NCBI GenBank assembly: GCA_050251875.1
Contig: JBFWMA010000002.1
Location: forward strand, 224,001 to 288,000
From: Deferribacterales bacterium
GTDB taxonomy: Bacteria > Chrysiogenota > Deferribacteres > Deferribacterales > Geovibrionaceae
Length of the DNA stretch: 64,000 bases
Direction of reading: 5' to 3'
The notes below the pieces were generated by a model, which searched no databases, was not told where the DNA came from, and was given only the letters and a program-made list of their open reading frames with translations. Below, in pieces: positions 22,286 to 33,627 of this stretch; within the stretch, counting starts at the first letter, position 1; each line of letters opens with the position of its first letter. The translations under genes were made by a program, and so were the position numbers.

Positions 22286-22708
22286 ATGCAGAGCCCTTAC
22301 AAAAATTACATCAAACAGGAAGTTGAGGGAGCTACGAAAGGGAAGCTTGTGCTTCTGCTTTACGATGGAGCTATCAAGTTCATGCGTATTTCTATGAAAG
22401 CTATGGATGAAAAAGATATCCCCACAGCTCATAATAATATTATGAAAGCTCAGAATATTCTTTATGAACTGATGAACTCGCTGAACATGGAAGCCGGGGA
22501 TATTTCTAAGAATCTCATGAGGTTATATGACTTCATGGTGTGGCAGCTTATTGAAGCGAACAAAGACAAAAATAAAGACAAGGTTGAAAATGTTGTAAGA
22601 ATGATGTCTAATCTTCGTGACGCATGGCGTGACGTTGTGCAGAAAGAAGAGGGCGGTGTTATTCCCTCACAGGAGACAACAGGCAAGTCGATCAACTTTG
22701 CCGGATGA
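22286..22708 (+). CDS. fliS: Flagellin chaperone FliS
   Basis: LVLLLYDGAI, KAQ.I..EL..SL, NL..LYDFM, LRDAW. Confidence 0.95.
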   Translation: MQSPYKNYIKQEVEGATKGKLVLLLYDGAIKFMRISMKAMDEKDIPTAHNNIMKAQNILYELMNSLNMEAGDISKNLMRLYDFMVWQLIEANKDKNKDKVENVVRMMSNLRDAWRDVVQKEEGGVIPSQETTGKSINFAG

Positions 22709-22711
22709 TTT

Positions 22712-23041
22712 ATGGACATAACTGGAACTGGTTCTGTCGTTAATCTGAGGGAGAAACTCTTAGAAATAGACAGAAAGAAAACACAATCAGGATCAGGCGG
22801 CGCGCAGAGCACCTCAGATTCTAACAGCTCGTCAGAAAAGAAGTACATCTCTGATGTTATCGGCATCAGAAATGAAAACAAACTGGCTGCTGCCTCCTCC
22901 GGCGGCATCCTTTCCAAAGACGAAGCCATGGATATGGTGGATGAGCTGAAGAGACAATTTGAATGTGACTCCTGCAACGCTCTTGATGCGCATAACAAAG
23001 CGGATGCTAATACCGTCATGCAGTTTTACCCGTTCGAATAA
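22712..23041 (+). CDS. Hypothetical flagellar-operon protein with flagellin-C-terminus-like tail
   Basis: 3 nt after the fliS stop; tail ENKLAAAS..I...DEA.....AL.AHN.....V... Confidence 0.7.
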   Translation: MDITGTGSVVNLREKLLEIDRKKTQSGSGGAQSTSDSNSSSEKKYISDVIGIRNENKLAAASSGGILSKDEAMDMVDELKRQFECDSCNALDAHNKADANTVMQFYPFE

Positions 23042-23077
23042 TCTGCAGTTAGCGTGTGCTTTTTTAAGTGAGCAAAG

Positions 23078-23419
23078 ATGAGTCAGTCTAACTTTGACGT
23101 TATTTTTAAACAAGCGTATGATTTAGCTGAAAGGCTCACTGAGAAAGACTTTGACGATGACTTTCTTAAACAATATAAAACCTACTCGGCTTTTATCGGT
23201 CAGATAATCCAGATTCTCAATTCAATAGATGTTAAAGATGACGAGCTGAACAGCCAAATAAAAAACCTTCTTGCTCTTCACAAGAAGGTTGAGTATAGAC
23301 TTATTCAAGCGAAAGACGAAATCAGAGATAGCATCACCAACAAGATACGCAAAGAACATATCCGTCAAAAATACCATTCAAAAAGTCTTAGAACAGCTCT
23401 TTTAAATAAAAAAGCCTGA
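23078..23419 (+). CDS. Hypothetical helical protein (possibly FliT-like)
   Basis: 113 aa, helical composition, position after fliD-fliS; function inferred only. Confidence 0.6.
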   Translation: MSQSNFDVIFKQAYDLAERLTEKDFDDDFLKQYKTYSAFIGQIIQILNSIDVKDDELNSQIKNLLALHKKVEYRLIQAKDEIRDSITNKIRKEHIRQKYHSKSLRTALLNKKA

Positions 23420-23428
23420 GGGGGCTGA

Positions 23429-23713
23429 TTATTCAGCGCCTATCAGAAGCTCTTTTATCTCTTTACCAGGTTTGAAGTAGGGTACGTTTTTAGAAGGTAC
23501 TTCCACTTTGTCTCCGGTTTTGGGGTTGCGTCCGAGCTTAGAGTTTTTCTCTCTGATCTTAAAGCTGCCGAAACCGCGGATCTCAACTTTGTCACCGGCT
23601 TTCAGAGCGTCTTTGATAGAAGAGAACACACCGTTAATGATGAATTCGATCTGCTTTTTTGTCAGTTCGGGGTTTGTGCTGGCTATTACTTCGATAAGTT
23701 CTGATTTTGTCAT
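23429..23713 (-). CDS. ihfB: Integration host factor beta / HU family DNA-binding protein
   Basis: MTKSELIE, VEIRGFGSF, GRNPKTG, VPYFKPGKE. Confidence 0.85.
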   Translation of the reverse strand: MTKSELIEVIASTNPELTKKQIEFIINGVFSSIKDALKAGDKVEIRGFGSFKIREKNSKLGRNPKTGDKVEVPSKNVPYFKPGKEIKELLIGAE

Positions 23714-23829
23714 ACCATAATCTCCGTGCAAATATCGTTTATTTATGATATTTTTTCGATTACTCATTATATCCGATGTCATATAGAGTGTAAAGCCAAT
23801 TTACATATTTTTTTAAGGAAATATTTGTC

Positions 23830-25302
23830 ATGGCAGGATTTGTTACAAAAATCTTAAAATCCGGGTTAGGAATTTTCACCAGCCGAATTTTCGGCATGTT
23901 AAGAGACATCAGCATAGCCGGTTTTTTCGGCGCAAACGGTGCCACAGATGCCTTTGTGGCTGCCTTCGCCGTGCCTAACCTTTTCCGGGCTTTCTTCGCC
24001 GAGGGGGCATTGGCTTCTGTCTTTGTACCTTTTCTCAGCGACAAACTGACCGGAGACGGAGAGCAGAAAGCATCTGTTTATCTTTCCAGCCTTATAACTA
24101 TAATATCCGGTGTGGTTATTTTTCTGATAGCGATCGTCATGATTTTCCCCAGTATCATTACATATATATTCCTTCCCGGATACGCTGATGATCCGGAGAT
24201 TTCTTCTATAATGCCAGCTATGATTACTGTCCTTATGCCATATCTTTTTTTTATTACTATCTGCTCTCTGCTGACATGCTATCTTAACCTGAAGGGCAGT
24301 TTTTATGTGCCTAACTCTTCCACCGCTTTTCTGAACATTGCCATGATAGCGGGCGCCTTTGCCGGATATTATCACGGCAGTGATATATTATATGTATGCT
24401 ACGGCGTTTTTATCGGCGGAATCGCTCAGTTTCTGTTTATTTTGTTCTATGCTTACCGCTTCGGTTTCCGGTTCTCTCTGCGGGGCGGATATGACAGGAG
24501 CGTGAACGAGGTTTTTCATTATGCTCTGCCTTCTCTGGCGAGTGTGGGAATCAGTCAGATAAACTTTATGATAGGCAGAGCCGCCGCTTCTTTTCTTGTG
24601 ACCGGAAGCGTGTCATATCTCTATTATTCCAACAGGCTTTTTCAGTTTCCTATGGGGCTTTTCACCATTGCGGTCGGCACGGTTGTTATGGCGGAGATCA
24701 GCAAAGCTAACTCATCGGGAAATACAGATATGAGAAACTCGCTGATAGATAAGTCAATTAACTCTATAATGCTGGTGATGCTCCCGTCTTCCGCCGGGCT
24801 TATTGTTCTGGCGGAGCCTATCATCTCTCTGGTATACGGACGGATGAACTTTTTGGAGGCGGACGCCGCCGCCACGGCTTCTGACCTGCGGATGTATTCT
24901 CTGGGGCTGGTGTTCTACTCGTTTATAGCGGTGTTCAGCCGGGTATTTTATTCGGACAAAGATATCAGAACCCCGCTGATGGGCGCTCTTGTCGGATTGG
25001 CTGTCAATGTGGTTATGATAGCTGTTCTGATGAAGCTGATGGGGCACAGCGGAATAGCTCTGGCGTCATCTGTTGCGGCATCGGCGACATTTTTTTATCT
25101 TTATACCCGTGTCAGGGATTACAGATATGTTTTCGGCGCTTTTATTTTCAAGGCAGCGGCAGCATCCGGCTTAATGGCTCTGGTGTCATATCTTTTGCTG
25201 GTGTACGGCGCCGGAATACTTGTTAATATTTTTGTTTCCGCTGTATTGTATTTTTCTGCGCTGTATTTTATGAAGATTAATATCAGGAGTGTTTTGAGAT
25301 GA
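23830..25302 (+). CDS. murJ: Lipid II flippase MurJ (MviN)
   Basis: SRIFG..RD, AF.VPNLFR..FAEGA, LYYSNRL.QFP.GLF. Confidence 0.93.
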   Translation: MAGFVTKILKSGLGIFTSRIFGMLRDISIAGFFGANGATDAFVAAFAVPNLFRAFFAEGALASVFVPFLSDKLTGDGEQKASVYLSSLITIISGVVIFLIAIVMIFPSIITYIFLPGYADDPEISSIMPAMITVLMPYLFFITICSLLTCYLNLKGSFYVPNSSTAFLNIAMIAGAFAGYYHGSDILYVCYGVFIGGIAQFLFILFYAYRFGFRFSLRGGYDRSVNEVFHYALPSLASVGISQINFMIGRAAASFLVTGSVSYLYYSNRLFQFPMGLFTIAVGTVVMAEISKANSSGNTDMRNSLIDKSINSIMLVMLPSSAGLIVLAEPIISLVYGRMNFLEADAAATASDLRMYSLGLVFYSFIAVFSRVFYSDKDIRTPLMGALVGLAVNVVMIAVLMKLMGHSGIALASSVAASATFFYLYTRVRDYRYVFGAFIFKAAAASGLMALVSYLLLVYGAGILVNIFVSAVLYFSALYFMKINIRSVLR

Positions 25303-25748
25303 AAGCAGTGATACAGAGGGTAAATTCCTCATATCTTAAAATAGACGGTGTTATGCGGGCGGAGACAGGCAGAGGTCTTGTGGTTCTTTTCGGAGTGGAG
25401 AAGGGCGACAGGAGCGATTTCTGCGCTCATGTGGCGCATAAAACAGTGAATCTGCGCATTTTCGAGGATGAAAATGGCAAAATGGGCAGATCTGTTAAGG
25501 ATATTGACGGCGAGATGCTGATTGTCAGCCAGTTTACTCTGGCGGGGACGTGCAATAAGGGGCTGAGACCGGACTTTACTTCCGCTATGGAGCCTGTTAC
25601 CGCTAAGGAATATTATGAAATATTCATATCCGAATGTGAAAAACTGCTGGGAAAAGACAGGGTAAAAACGGGTGTTTTTGCCGCCGATATGAAAGTTGGA
25701 CTTGAAAATGACGGTCCGGTAACAATAATAATGGAAAAGACGGAGTAG
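25299..25748 (+). CDS. dtd: D-aminoacyl-tRNA deacylase
   Basis: MKAVIQRV, LRIFED, SQFTL, NDGPVT. Confidence 0.96.
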   Translation: MKAVIQRVNSSYLKIDGVMRAETGRGLVVLFGVEKGDRSDFCAHVAHKTVNLRIFEDENGKMGRSVKDIDGEMLIVSQFTLAGTCNKGLRPDFTSAMEPVTAKEYYEIFISECEKLLGKDRVKTGVFAADMKVGLENDGPVTIIMEKTE

Positions 25749-25751
25749 CTG

Positions 25752-26372
25752 ATGAAAATTGAAGTGATACTGACAGGTCCTCTGAGAGTGAATTGCAGTG
25801 TGATAAGCAAGAACGGAAAAGCTGTGATAGTAGATCCCGGCGGAGATGCCGATGAGATAGAAGAATTGCTGGAAAAGAACGCCCTGAAGCCTCTGGCGAT
25901 AGTGAATACCCACGGACATTTCGATCATATAGGCGCGGTAAAGTCTCTGGCGGACAAATACGCCATACCTTTTCTGATGCATAAAGATGACGAGTTTCTG
26001 TTGGCGCAGGGTGATAAAATAATGAAGATGTACGGGTTCGGCGGAATGAAAGAGCCGTCTGTGACCGAAAATATTTCAGACGGTCAGGTTCTGTCGTTTG
26101 ACGGGATAGATATGAAGGTTATACACACCCCGGGACACACACCCGGCGGATGCTGTTTTTATCTTGAAGAGGCGCAGACGCTGATAACCGGCGACACGCT
26201 TTTTCTGGAGTCTGTGGGCAGGTCGGATTTTCCTTACAGCGACACGGACGCCCTGATAGCAGGCATTACAGAGAAACTCTTTCTGCTGGACGACAGCGTT
26301 CGGGTGATCCCCGGACACGGCGCTTTCAGCAGTATCGGGCATGAAAAAGAGCGCAATCCTTATGTTCGTTAA
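25752..26372 (+). CDS. Metallo-beta-lactamase fold hydrolase (glyoxalase II-like)
   Basis: THGHFDHIG, TPGHTPG, GDTLF, PGHG. Confidence 0.92.
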   Translation: MKIEVILTGPLRVNCSVISKNGKAVIVDPGGDADEIEELLEKNALKPLAIVNTHGHFDHIGAVKSLADKYAIPFLMHKDDEFLLAQGDKIMKMYGFGGMKEPSVTENISDGQVLSFDGIDMKVIHTPGHTPGGCCFYLEEAQTLITGDTLFLESVGRSDFPYSDTDALIAGITEKLFLLDDSVRVIPGHGAFSSIGHEKERNPYVR

Positions 26373-26399
26373 CGTAAGTGGCTTGCCTCATTTGGATTA

Positions 26400-26427
26400 T
26401 TGACTTATAGCTCATATCTGTTAATAT
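26400..26427 (+). promoter_or_regulatory. Putative sigma70 promoter of tsaB
   Basis: TTGACT-N16-TAATAT with a TG extension. Confidence 0.5.
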
Positions 26428-26434
26428 AGTGAAA

Positions 26435-27019
26435 ATGAAGTATATGCTTGTTGACACATCCGGGAAGGGACTTGCGGTAACTGTTTGCGATGAAAAAAGA
26501 ACTCCTTTTTCTTCCCTTTTTCTGACGTTAGACAACTCCCTCAGTGAAAAAATGCTCTGGGCTATGGATAATTTTTTATCCGCCTCCGGCTTGACCACTG
26601 CGGATATTGACAGGTATTATATAGTGAAGGGTCCCGGCTCTTTCACGGGTATACGCATCGGCGTGGGAGCTCTTTTGGGCTTCTGTATGGCACACGGCAA
26701 AGAGCTGACAGGGATCAGCTCCCTCGATGCCGCCGCCATCGTCAGCGGACGTGACAGGGTTAAAACCGCTGTAAAGCTCAGAGGCACTCTTTACGGCTTT
26801 CGTGAATATGATTTTACAGAAAACAGATTCTCCGACTATCAGACAGAAAAACTGACTGATATTGGGGATTTTTTTGTCGTTAACAGCGGAGGCTATCCGC
26901 ATGATCTGTCAAAAGCGGTGCTTTCTGACAGATTCGACATGTTTACAGGGGATTACGCCCCTATGTATATGCGACCCAGCGAAGCGGAGATTAATTTCGA
27001 CGAGCGCCACGGGGGCTGA
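26435..27019 (+). CDS. tsaB: tRNA t6A biosynthesis protein TsaB
   Basis: DTS, GPGSFTGIRIG, P.Y.RPSEAE; alternative GTG start at 26429. Confidence 0.88.
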   Translation: MKYMLVDTSGKGLAVTVCDEKRTPFSSLFLTLDNSLSEKMLWAMDNFLSASGLTTADIDRYYIVKGPGSFTGIRIGVGALLGFCMAHGKELTGISSLDAAAIVSGRDRVKTAVKLRGTLYGFREYDFTENRFSDYQTEKLTDIGDFFVVNSGGYPHDLSKAVLSDRFDMFTGDYAPMYMRPSEAEINFDERHGG

Positions 27020-27021
27020 CA

Positions 27022-27453
27022 TTGATAAGAAAGGCATCGGCAGACGATTTGGATGCTGTTATGATGATAGAACAGGCGAGCTTTTCCCGCCCCTGGAGCA
27101 GAAAGTCATTCGAGGCGGAGCTTTTTAAGGCTTCCGGAAACTTTCTGGTCTGTGAGACGGATGGAGAGATTTCCGGGTATATCATCTTCTGGACTGTTCT
27201 GGACGAGGCAGAGATAGCCGATGTGGCTGTGGCTGAGAAGTTTAAACGACAGCGGATAGCTGAAAAGCTGATAAACCGCTGTATAGAGCTGAATACAGAC
27301 ACCAGGGTAATTTATCTGGAAGTGGGCAGAGAGAACGAGCCCGCTGTCAGATTGTATAAAAAACTTGGCTTCAATGTAAATGGTGAGATAAAAGATTATT
27401 ACGGCGCAGGAAAAAACGCTCTTAGAATGTCTCTTGAGCTGTGCCGAAAATAG
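27022..27453 (+). CDS. rimI: Ribosomal protein S18 alanine N-acetyltransferase
   Basis: IE..SF..PWS, LEV...N..A..LY.KLGF, YY; after tsaB. Confidence 0.9.
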   Translation: MIRKASADDLDAVMMIEQASFSRPWSRKSFEAELFKASGNFLVCETDGEISGYIIFWTVLDEAEIADVAVAEKFKRQRIAEKLINRCIELNTDTRVIYLEVGRENEPAVRLYKKLGFNVNGEIKDYYGAGKNALRMSLELCRK

Positions 27454-27464
27454 GGGTGACTGAA

Positions 27465-27698
27465 ATGCTTAGAACTGAAACCGCGATAGTTGAAAAATTA
27501 TGCCAGTCTAACGCAGAGTTTAAAGAACTGTTTGATAACCACATCAGATATGAGCAGGATCTGGAGGCATTATACAGCCTTAAATATTTTCCGCCGGAAG
27601 TAGAGGCGAAAATGAAAGAACTGAAAGTTATGAAACTCAGAGGAAAAGAAAGAATAGAACAAATGATAATTAAATACAAATCTGAGAACGGTTTATAG
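27465..27698 (+). CDS. Small coiled-coil protein, DUF465/YdcH-like
   Basis: EFK.LF..H...E..L....LK..KL..KE.I pattern. Confidence 0.65.
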   Translation: MLRTETAIVEKLCQSNAEFKELFDNHIRYEQDLEALYSLKYFPPEVEAKMKELKVMKLRGKERIEQMIIKYKSENGL

Positions 27699-27708
27699 GG
27701 AGATTTCG

Positions 27709-28848
27709 ATGAACGACAAAAACTATCTGTTTACATCTGAATCAGTTAGCGAGGGACACCCCGACAAAATGGCTGACCAGATATCAGACGCTATACTGGA
27801 CGCGATGCTGACAGATGATCCTTACAGCAGGGTTGCCTGTGAAACACTTGTCACAACAGGTCTTGCTGTTATTTCAGGTGAAGTTACAACATCAACATAT
27901 GTAGATATTCAGACCACAGTAAGAAACACCATCAGAGAAATAGGATACACCAGAGCTAAATACGGCTTTGACGCTGACACATGCGGTATCATCATCACTC
28001 TGAACAAACAGTCTCCTGACATCGCCATGGGCGTGGATACAGGCGGCGCCGGAGACCAGGGGCTTATGTTCGGATTCGCTTGTGACGAAACACCCGAGCT
28101 GATGCCTATGCCTATCATGCTCTCTCACCAGATCACAAAAAAACTGGCTGAAGTGCGCAAAAGCGGCGAGCTGGACTATCTCCGTCCCGACAGCAAATCA
28201 CAGGTGACAATAGAATATGACGGATACAAACCCGTTCGTGTGGACACTGTGGTTGTCAGCTCACAGCACTCAGAAGATGTCAAAATGGATGATCTGAAAC
28301 ACGACATCATCGAAAAAGTCATCAAAGAGGTTATCCCCTCCGGAATGTATGACGATAAATGCAAATATCACATAAACCCCACAGGACGCTTTGTGATAGG
28401 CGGACCTATGGGCGACTGCGGTCTTACCGGACGTAAAATCATCGTTGATACATACGGCGGTATGGGTCGCCACGGCGGCGGCGCTTTCAGCGGAAAAGAC
28501 CCGTCAAAAGTTGACCGTTCTGCCGCATATGCCGCCAGATGGGTTGCCAAAAACATAGTTGCCGCCGGTCTCGCGAAAAGATGCGAGGTTCAGGTTGCCT
28601 ACGCTATCGGCGTAGCTGAGCCCGTCAGCGTTATGGTAAACACATTCGGCACATCTGAAATGCCTGAGCGCATCATAGAAAAAGCTGTTAAAGAGGTTTT
28701 CGATCTCACACCTAAAGGCATCATGACCGCTCTTGACCTCAGAAAACCCATATACAAAAAGACAGCCGCATACGGTCACTTCGGACGCAATGAGTTCAGC
28801 TGGGAACAAACCAATAAGGTTTCTGATCTTAAGTCCGCAATCCGCTAA
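27709..28848 (+). CDS. metK: S-adenosylmethionine synthetase
   Basis: [28 protein letters not shown]. Confidence 0.98.
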   Translation: MNDKNYLFTSESVSEGHPDKMADQISDAILDAMLTDDPYSRVACETLVTTGLAVISGEVTTSTYVDIQTTVRNTIREIGYTRAKYGFDADTCGIIITLNKQSPDIAMGVDTGGAGDQGLMFGFACDETPELMPMPIMLSHQITKKLAEVRKSGELDYLRPDSKSQVTIEYDGYKPVRVDTVVVSSQHSEDVKMDDLKHDIIEKVIKEVIPSGMYDDKCKYHINPTGRFVIGGPMGDCGLTGRKIIVDTYGGMGRHGGGAFSGKDPSKVDRSAAYAARWVAKNIVAAGLAKRCEVQVAYAIGVAEPVSVMVNTFGTSEMPERIIEKAVKEVFDLTPKGIMTALDLRKPIYKKTAAYGHFGRNEFSWEQTNKVSDLKSAIR

Positions 28849-28865
28849 TAACTAACAAACTTTAT

Positions 28866-28892
28866 ACTGCCGCAGGCGTACCCTGCGGCAGT
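28866..28892. other. GC-rich intergenic stem-loop between metK and ahcY
   Basis: ACTGCCGCAGG-CGTAC-CCTGCGGCAGT, perfect 11-bp stem, weak U-tract. Confidence 0.6.
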
Positions 28893-28914
28893 TGTATTTA
28901 CAGGTGATTATATA

Positions 28915-30318
<1,404 letters not shown>

Positions 30319-30327
30319 TCTCCTGAT

Positions 30328-31695
30328 ATGGTAAAACAGTTCTACGATATAGTGGTCATCGGTGCCGGTCCTGCCGGCATCGAATGTGCCAAAAAGCTGG
30401 GCGACAACGGAAAGGAAGTTCTGCTGATAGACAAAATTGTCGGCGGGAATTACTGTTATTCCGGAAGCGCCGTGTCCAATATCCTCCTGCACATCAGTTA
30501 TCTCTATGAGAGAACAGTGAATAAATCCTCTAACTTCGTGGATGTGGACTGTGACAAGCCTCTTGCTTTTGACTTTAAAAAAGCCAAGAAGCATGTTGAC
30601 GGTTCTGTGGCGAAGATAATCAAAGGATTTATAGAGGATCTGGACGCCGCAAACGTTATGAGTCTGAAGGGACATGCGGTTTTTGAAGATGCGCAGACTC
30701 TCAGGGTCACAGACGACAAGCAGTCTTATCTTATCGGTTTCAACAAGGCAGTGGTCGCCGTTGGCTCATGCAACATGGCTTCCAACGTGCCTACAACTAA
30801 GAAATTAATCGATTCCACAAACATATTCGACATGACCGCAACGCCCAAGAGCGTGATAATCGTGGGCGGCGGGTTCATAGGAACAGAATACGCCACTTTT
30901 TTCCGCCGTATCGGCTCCACCGTAACCATCATAGAGAAGACGGACAGAATTCTGAGCACCGTTGACCGTCAGGTGGTGAAAGAATATGAAGACCAGATGA
31001 AAAAGAACGGTGTGGAAATAATCAAAGGCGTCTCTGTTGAGCGTATTGAAAAGGTCGGCAACAAGACCATCGTCTTTCTGAATAACGACACAAAGCTGGA
31101 ATCGGAAGAGGTTTTTGTCTCCATAGGCAGAAAGCCGAACATCCATAAGCTGTGTCCGGAAAAAGCCGGTATCAGGTTCTATGACGATGGACTGCCTAAG
31201 CTGACAAAGAAACTCCGCTCTTCCAACAGATCAATTTACATCATAGGCGATACCACAGGTATCAACATGTTCGTGAACTGGGCTTTCATGTCCGCTGAAA
31301 TAGCAGCTAACGATATTCTGGAACAGGAAAAGAACATCTCTGCCGATTATTGTCCCAGAATCCTCAAACTTGATCCGGAGATAGCGGCGGTGGGCATCAG
31401 CGAGGATGACGCAAAAAGCCTTAAACTGGATTATAAAGTTATCAGGCATAATTTCAAAAACTTTGAAAACTCCATAGTGCACGGCACCATAAAGGGTTTC
31501 ATAAAGATTATCTATGAAGAGAACACAAAGAAGATTCTCGGATGCCACGCTGTGGGCGGCGGCGCTTCTGAGCTGGTTACTACGTTCGCTATGATGCTTC
31601 AGTCCAGAATATCTCTGAACAGGCTGGAGGATTTCGTATTCAACCATCCCACTTTCTGCGGTGTTCTCGGCGAGATAGCGGGAAAAATAAAATGA
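30328..31695 (+). CDS. Dihydrolipoamide dehydrogenase-like flavoprotein with atypical active site
   Basis: GAGPAG, GGGFIG, GD, HPT; lacks the canonical CxxxxC. Confidence 0.8.
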   Translation: MVKQFYDIVVIGAGPAGIECAKKLGDNGKEVLLIDKIVGGNYCYSGSAVSNILLHISYLYERTVNKSSNFVDVDCDKPLAFDFKKAKKHVDGSVAKIIKGFIEDLDAANVMSLKGHAVFEDAQTLRVTDDKQSYLIGFNKAVVAVGSCNMASNVPTTKKLIDSTNIFDMTATPKSVIIVGGGFIGTEYATFFRRIGSTVTIIEKTDRILSTVDRQVVKEYEDQMKKNGVEIIKGVSVERIEKVGNKTIVFLNNDTKLESEEVFVSIGRKPNIHKLCPEKAGIRFYDDGLPKLTKKLRSSNRSIYIIGDTTGINMFVNWAFMSAEIAANDILEQEKNISADYCPRILKLDPEIAAVGISEDDAKSLKLDYKVIRHNFKNFENSIVHGTIKGFIKIIYEENTKKILGCHAVGGGASELVTTFAMMLQSRISLNRLEDFVFNHPTFCGVLGEIAGKIK

Positions 31696-32411
31696 AAACA
31701 ATATACAGCCTTATTGTCTGGATTATCTTTGGCTCAATGACCGTTTTTCTGGTTATTCTGGGTATCCCTTTCGTTATTCTGGGCAAAAATCCTTATATGT
31801 ATCTCTCCAGAGTCTGGGCGAGGATGAGTTCCGCTCTGTTTCTGGTGCGTTATGAGGTGGAAGGGCTGGAGAAGATAGAGCCGGACAAAAACTATGTTTT
31901 CATGGGAAACCACCAGAGCTATGTGGATATTTTCTCCATGATAACAATCATAGATAAAAAATTCATATTTATGGCAAAACGTGAGCTGTTCAAAATTCCC
32001 TTTTTCGGGTTCGCCATCAAACACATGGGGCTGGTTCCCATCGACAGGGGCGAAAGCCGTGAGGCGCTCAAAAGCCTTTTTGAAGCGGCTAAAAAGATTC
32101 AGGAAGGATACAGCGTTCTTCTGTTTCCCGAAGGGACAAGATCGACTGACGGTGTCATGCTGCCTTTTAAAAGGGGCGCTTTCACTCTCGCCGTCAGAAC
32201 AGGACAGCAGATCATTCCTTTTGTCATAGACGGTTCAGGCAAAGTCATGAAAAAGGGCGGGTTCATCATCACGCCTTTCAAAAAGGTCAGAATCAGATTT
32301 CTCGATCCTGTAAGCCCGGAGGGCGTGAAAGACAGAGAGATGCTCGACCTTATCAGACAAAGGATGGAAGATGCGCAAAAAGAACTTGGCGGTGCTGGGG
32401 CTCGGAACTAA
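31692..32411 (+). CDS. plsC: 1-acyl-sn-glycerol-3-phosphate acyltransferase
   Basis: NHQSYVD, FMAKREL, FPEGTRS, PFKRGAF. Confidence 0.9.
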   Translation: MKTIYSLIVWIIFGSMTVFLVILGIPFVILGKNPYMYLSRVWARMSSALFLVRYEVEGLEKIEPDKNYVFMGNHQSYVDIFSMITIIDKKFIFMAKRELFKIPFFGFAIKHMGLVPIDRGESREALKSLFEAAKKIQEGYSVLLFPEGTRSTDGVMLPFKRGAFTLAVRTGQQIIPFVIDGSGKVMKKGGFIITPFKKVRIRFLDPVSPEGVKDREMLDLIRQRMEDAQKELGGAGARN

Positions 32412-32877
32412 TCTGGGGAGAAAATCCCTGAATCTCGCTCTGACCGTTAAAAAGCTGGCGGGTTTTCTGGACATAGTCAGGGTCTCATCGGTCTACAAAA
32501 CATCTTCACTACTCAAAGATTCTCAGAACGATTATTTTAACATGTGCGTGCTGGCGGAGACGGATTTTGAGCCTCTGAGCCTTCTGCGTGCCGTGAAAAA
32601 TCTGGAAAAAACAATGGGCAGAGAGGATCTGGGGCGCTGGTATTCCAGAGTCATAGACATAGATATTATAGATTACGGCGGTTTGACGCTGAAAACGCCG
32701 GAGCTGACGCTTCCTCATCCGGAAATGGAGAACAGGAGCTTCGTTCTGCTGCCTCTGCGTGAGATTTATCCCGATTATCATCACCCTGTTCATTGCCGAA
32801 GTATTGAGAATATGGTAAATAATATTAAGGACGATCTGGGAATAAGCAAACTGGGGGTGTGCTCATGGCTGTTATAA
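32371..32877 (+). CDS. folK: 2-amino-4-hydroxy-6-hydroxymethyldihydropteridine diphosphokinase
   Basis: LGLGTNLG, SSVY.T, RVIDIDI, LTLPHP...RSFVL.PL. Confidence 0.93.
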   Translation: MRKKNLAVLGLGTNLGRKSLNLALTVKKLAGFLDIVRVSSVYKTSSLLKDSQNDYFNMCVLAETDFEPLSLLRAVKNLEKTMGREDLGRWYSRVIDIDIIDYGGLTLKTPELTLPHPEMENRSFVLLPLREIYPDYHHPVHCRSIENMVNNIKDDLGISKLGVCSWLL

Positions 32878-33566
32878 CAATATCACGTCAGTACGGATGC
32901 GGCGGCGAATACGTTGCCGAGAGAGTTTCCGAAAAGCTGGGGTTCAGATATTTTCACAAAGAGCTGATACGCATCGCCGCTGTGCTGATGAGCACTGACG
33001 AGGACAAGATAAAGCATTTTGACGAAGAGGAATTTTCCGCTATGCGGACATTCATGTCAAAATATTTCGATACAGGTATTTTTACCGATATGCTCAAAGA
33101 CACCGACTATTCTGAAAAGAAGAAGCAGAAGGAGATGGCTATTCAGGACGCTGAGACATTTTTCAGCAAATATACTCCCGACACCACGGCTTTCGACAGT
33201 GACTCTTTTCAGGAGATGATGAAAAAGATCATCATGAAGGCCTATGACACCACAAACGCTGTGATAATGGGCAGGGGCGGGGTGAGTATTCTTGCCGATC
33301 TGCCGGACACACTGCATTTTCGTCTGGTGGCGGATATAGAGGACAGAGTCCTGTGGGTGAGCGCCAGAGAGAACATCACCAAGAAAGAGGCGAGAGAGAA
33401 AATCATCGAAGTGGATGACAGAAAAAGCAAATATTTCAGACACCACTTCAATAAAAACATAGACGATCAGTGGCTGTATCACGGTGTTCTTAACCTTTCA
33501 AAGCTGGATATCGAGGAAGCGGCGCTGGCTATGGTGGAAATAGCAAAGATAAAATTCAAACTCTGA
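32865..33566 (+). CDS. Cytidylate kinase-like family protein
   Basis: ITISRQYGCGG, VIMGRGG, D..R..Y pattern. Confidence 0.8.
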   Translation: MAVITISRQYGCGGEYVAERVSEKLGFRYFHKELIRIAAVLMSTDEDKIKHFDEEEFSAMRTFMSKYFDTGIFTDMLKDTDYSEKKKQKEMAIQDAETFFSKYTPDTTAFDSDSFQEMMKKIIMKAYDTTNAVIMGRGGVSILADLPDTLHFRLVADIEDRVLWVSARENITKKEAREKIIEVDDRKSKYFRHHFNKNIDDQWLYHGVLNLSKLDIEEAALAMVEIAKIKFKL

Positions 33567-33627
33567 CATTCATTATTGACTGAAAGCGGATTTTAGCTTA
33601 ATACTGAGGTTTTGGAGGATTATTTTA

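Noticed and set aside
28849..28914. SAH/SAM riboswitch between metK and ahcY
   Set aside because: Only one simple hairpin in 66 nt; I see no conserved SAH or SAM-I core motifs
33567..33627. T-box or attenuator upstream of hisS-aspS
   Set aside because: The intergenic region is only 61 nt and has no T-box motif or terminator
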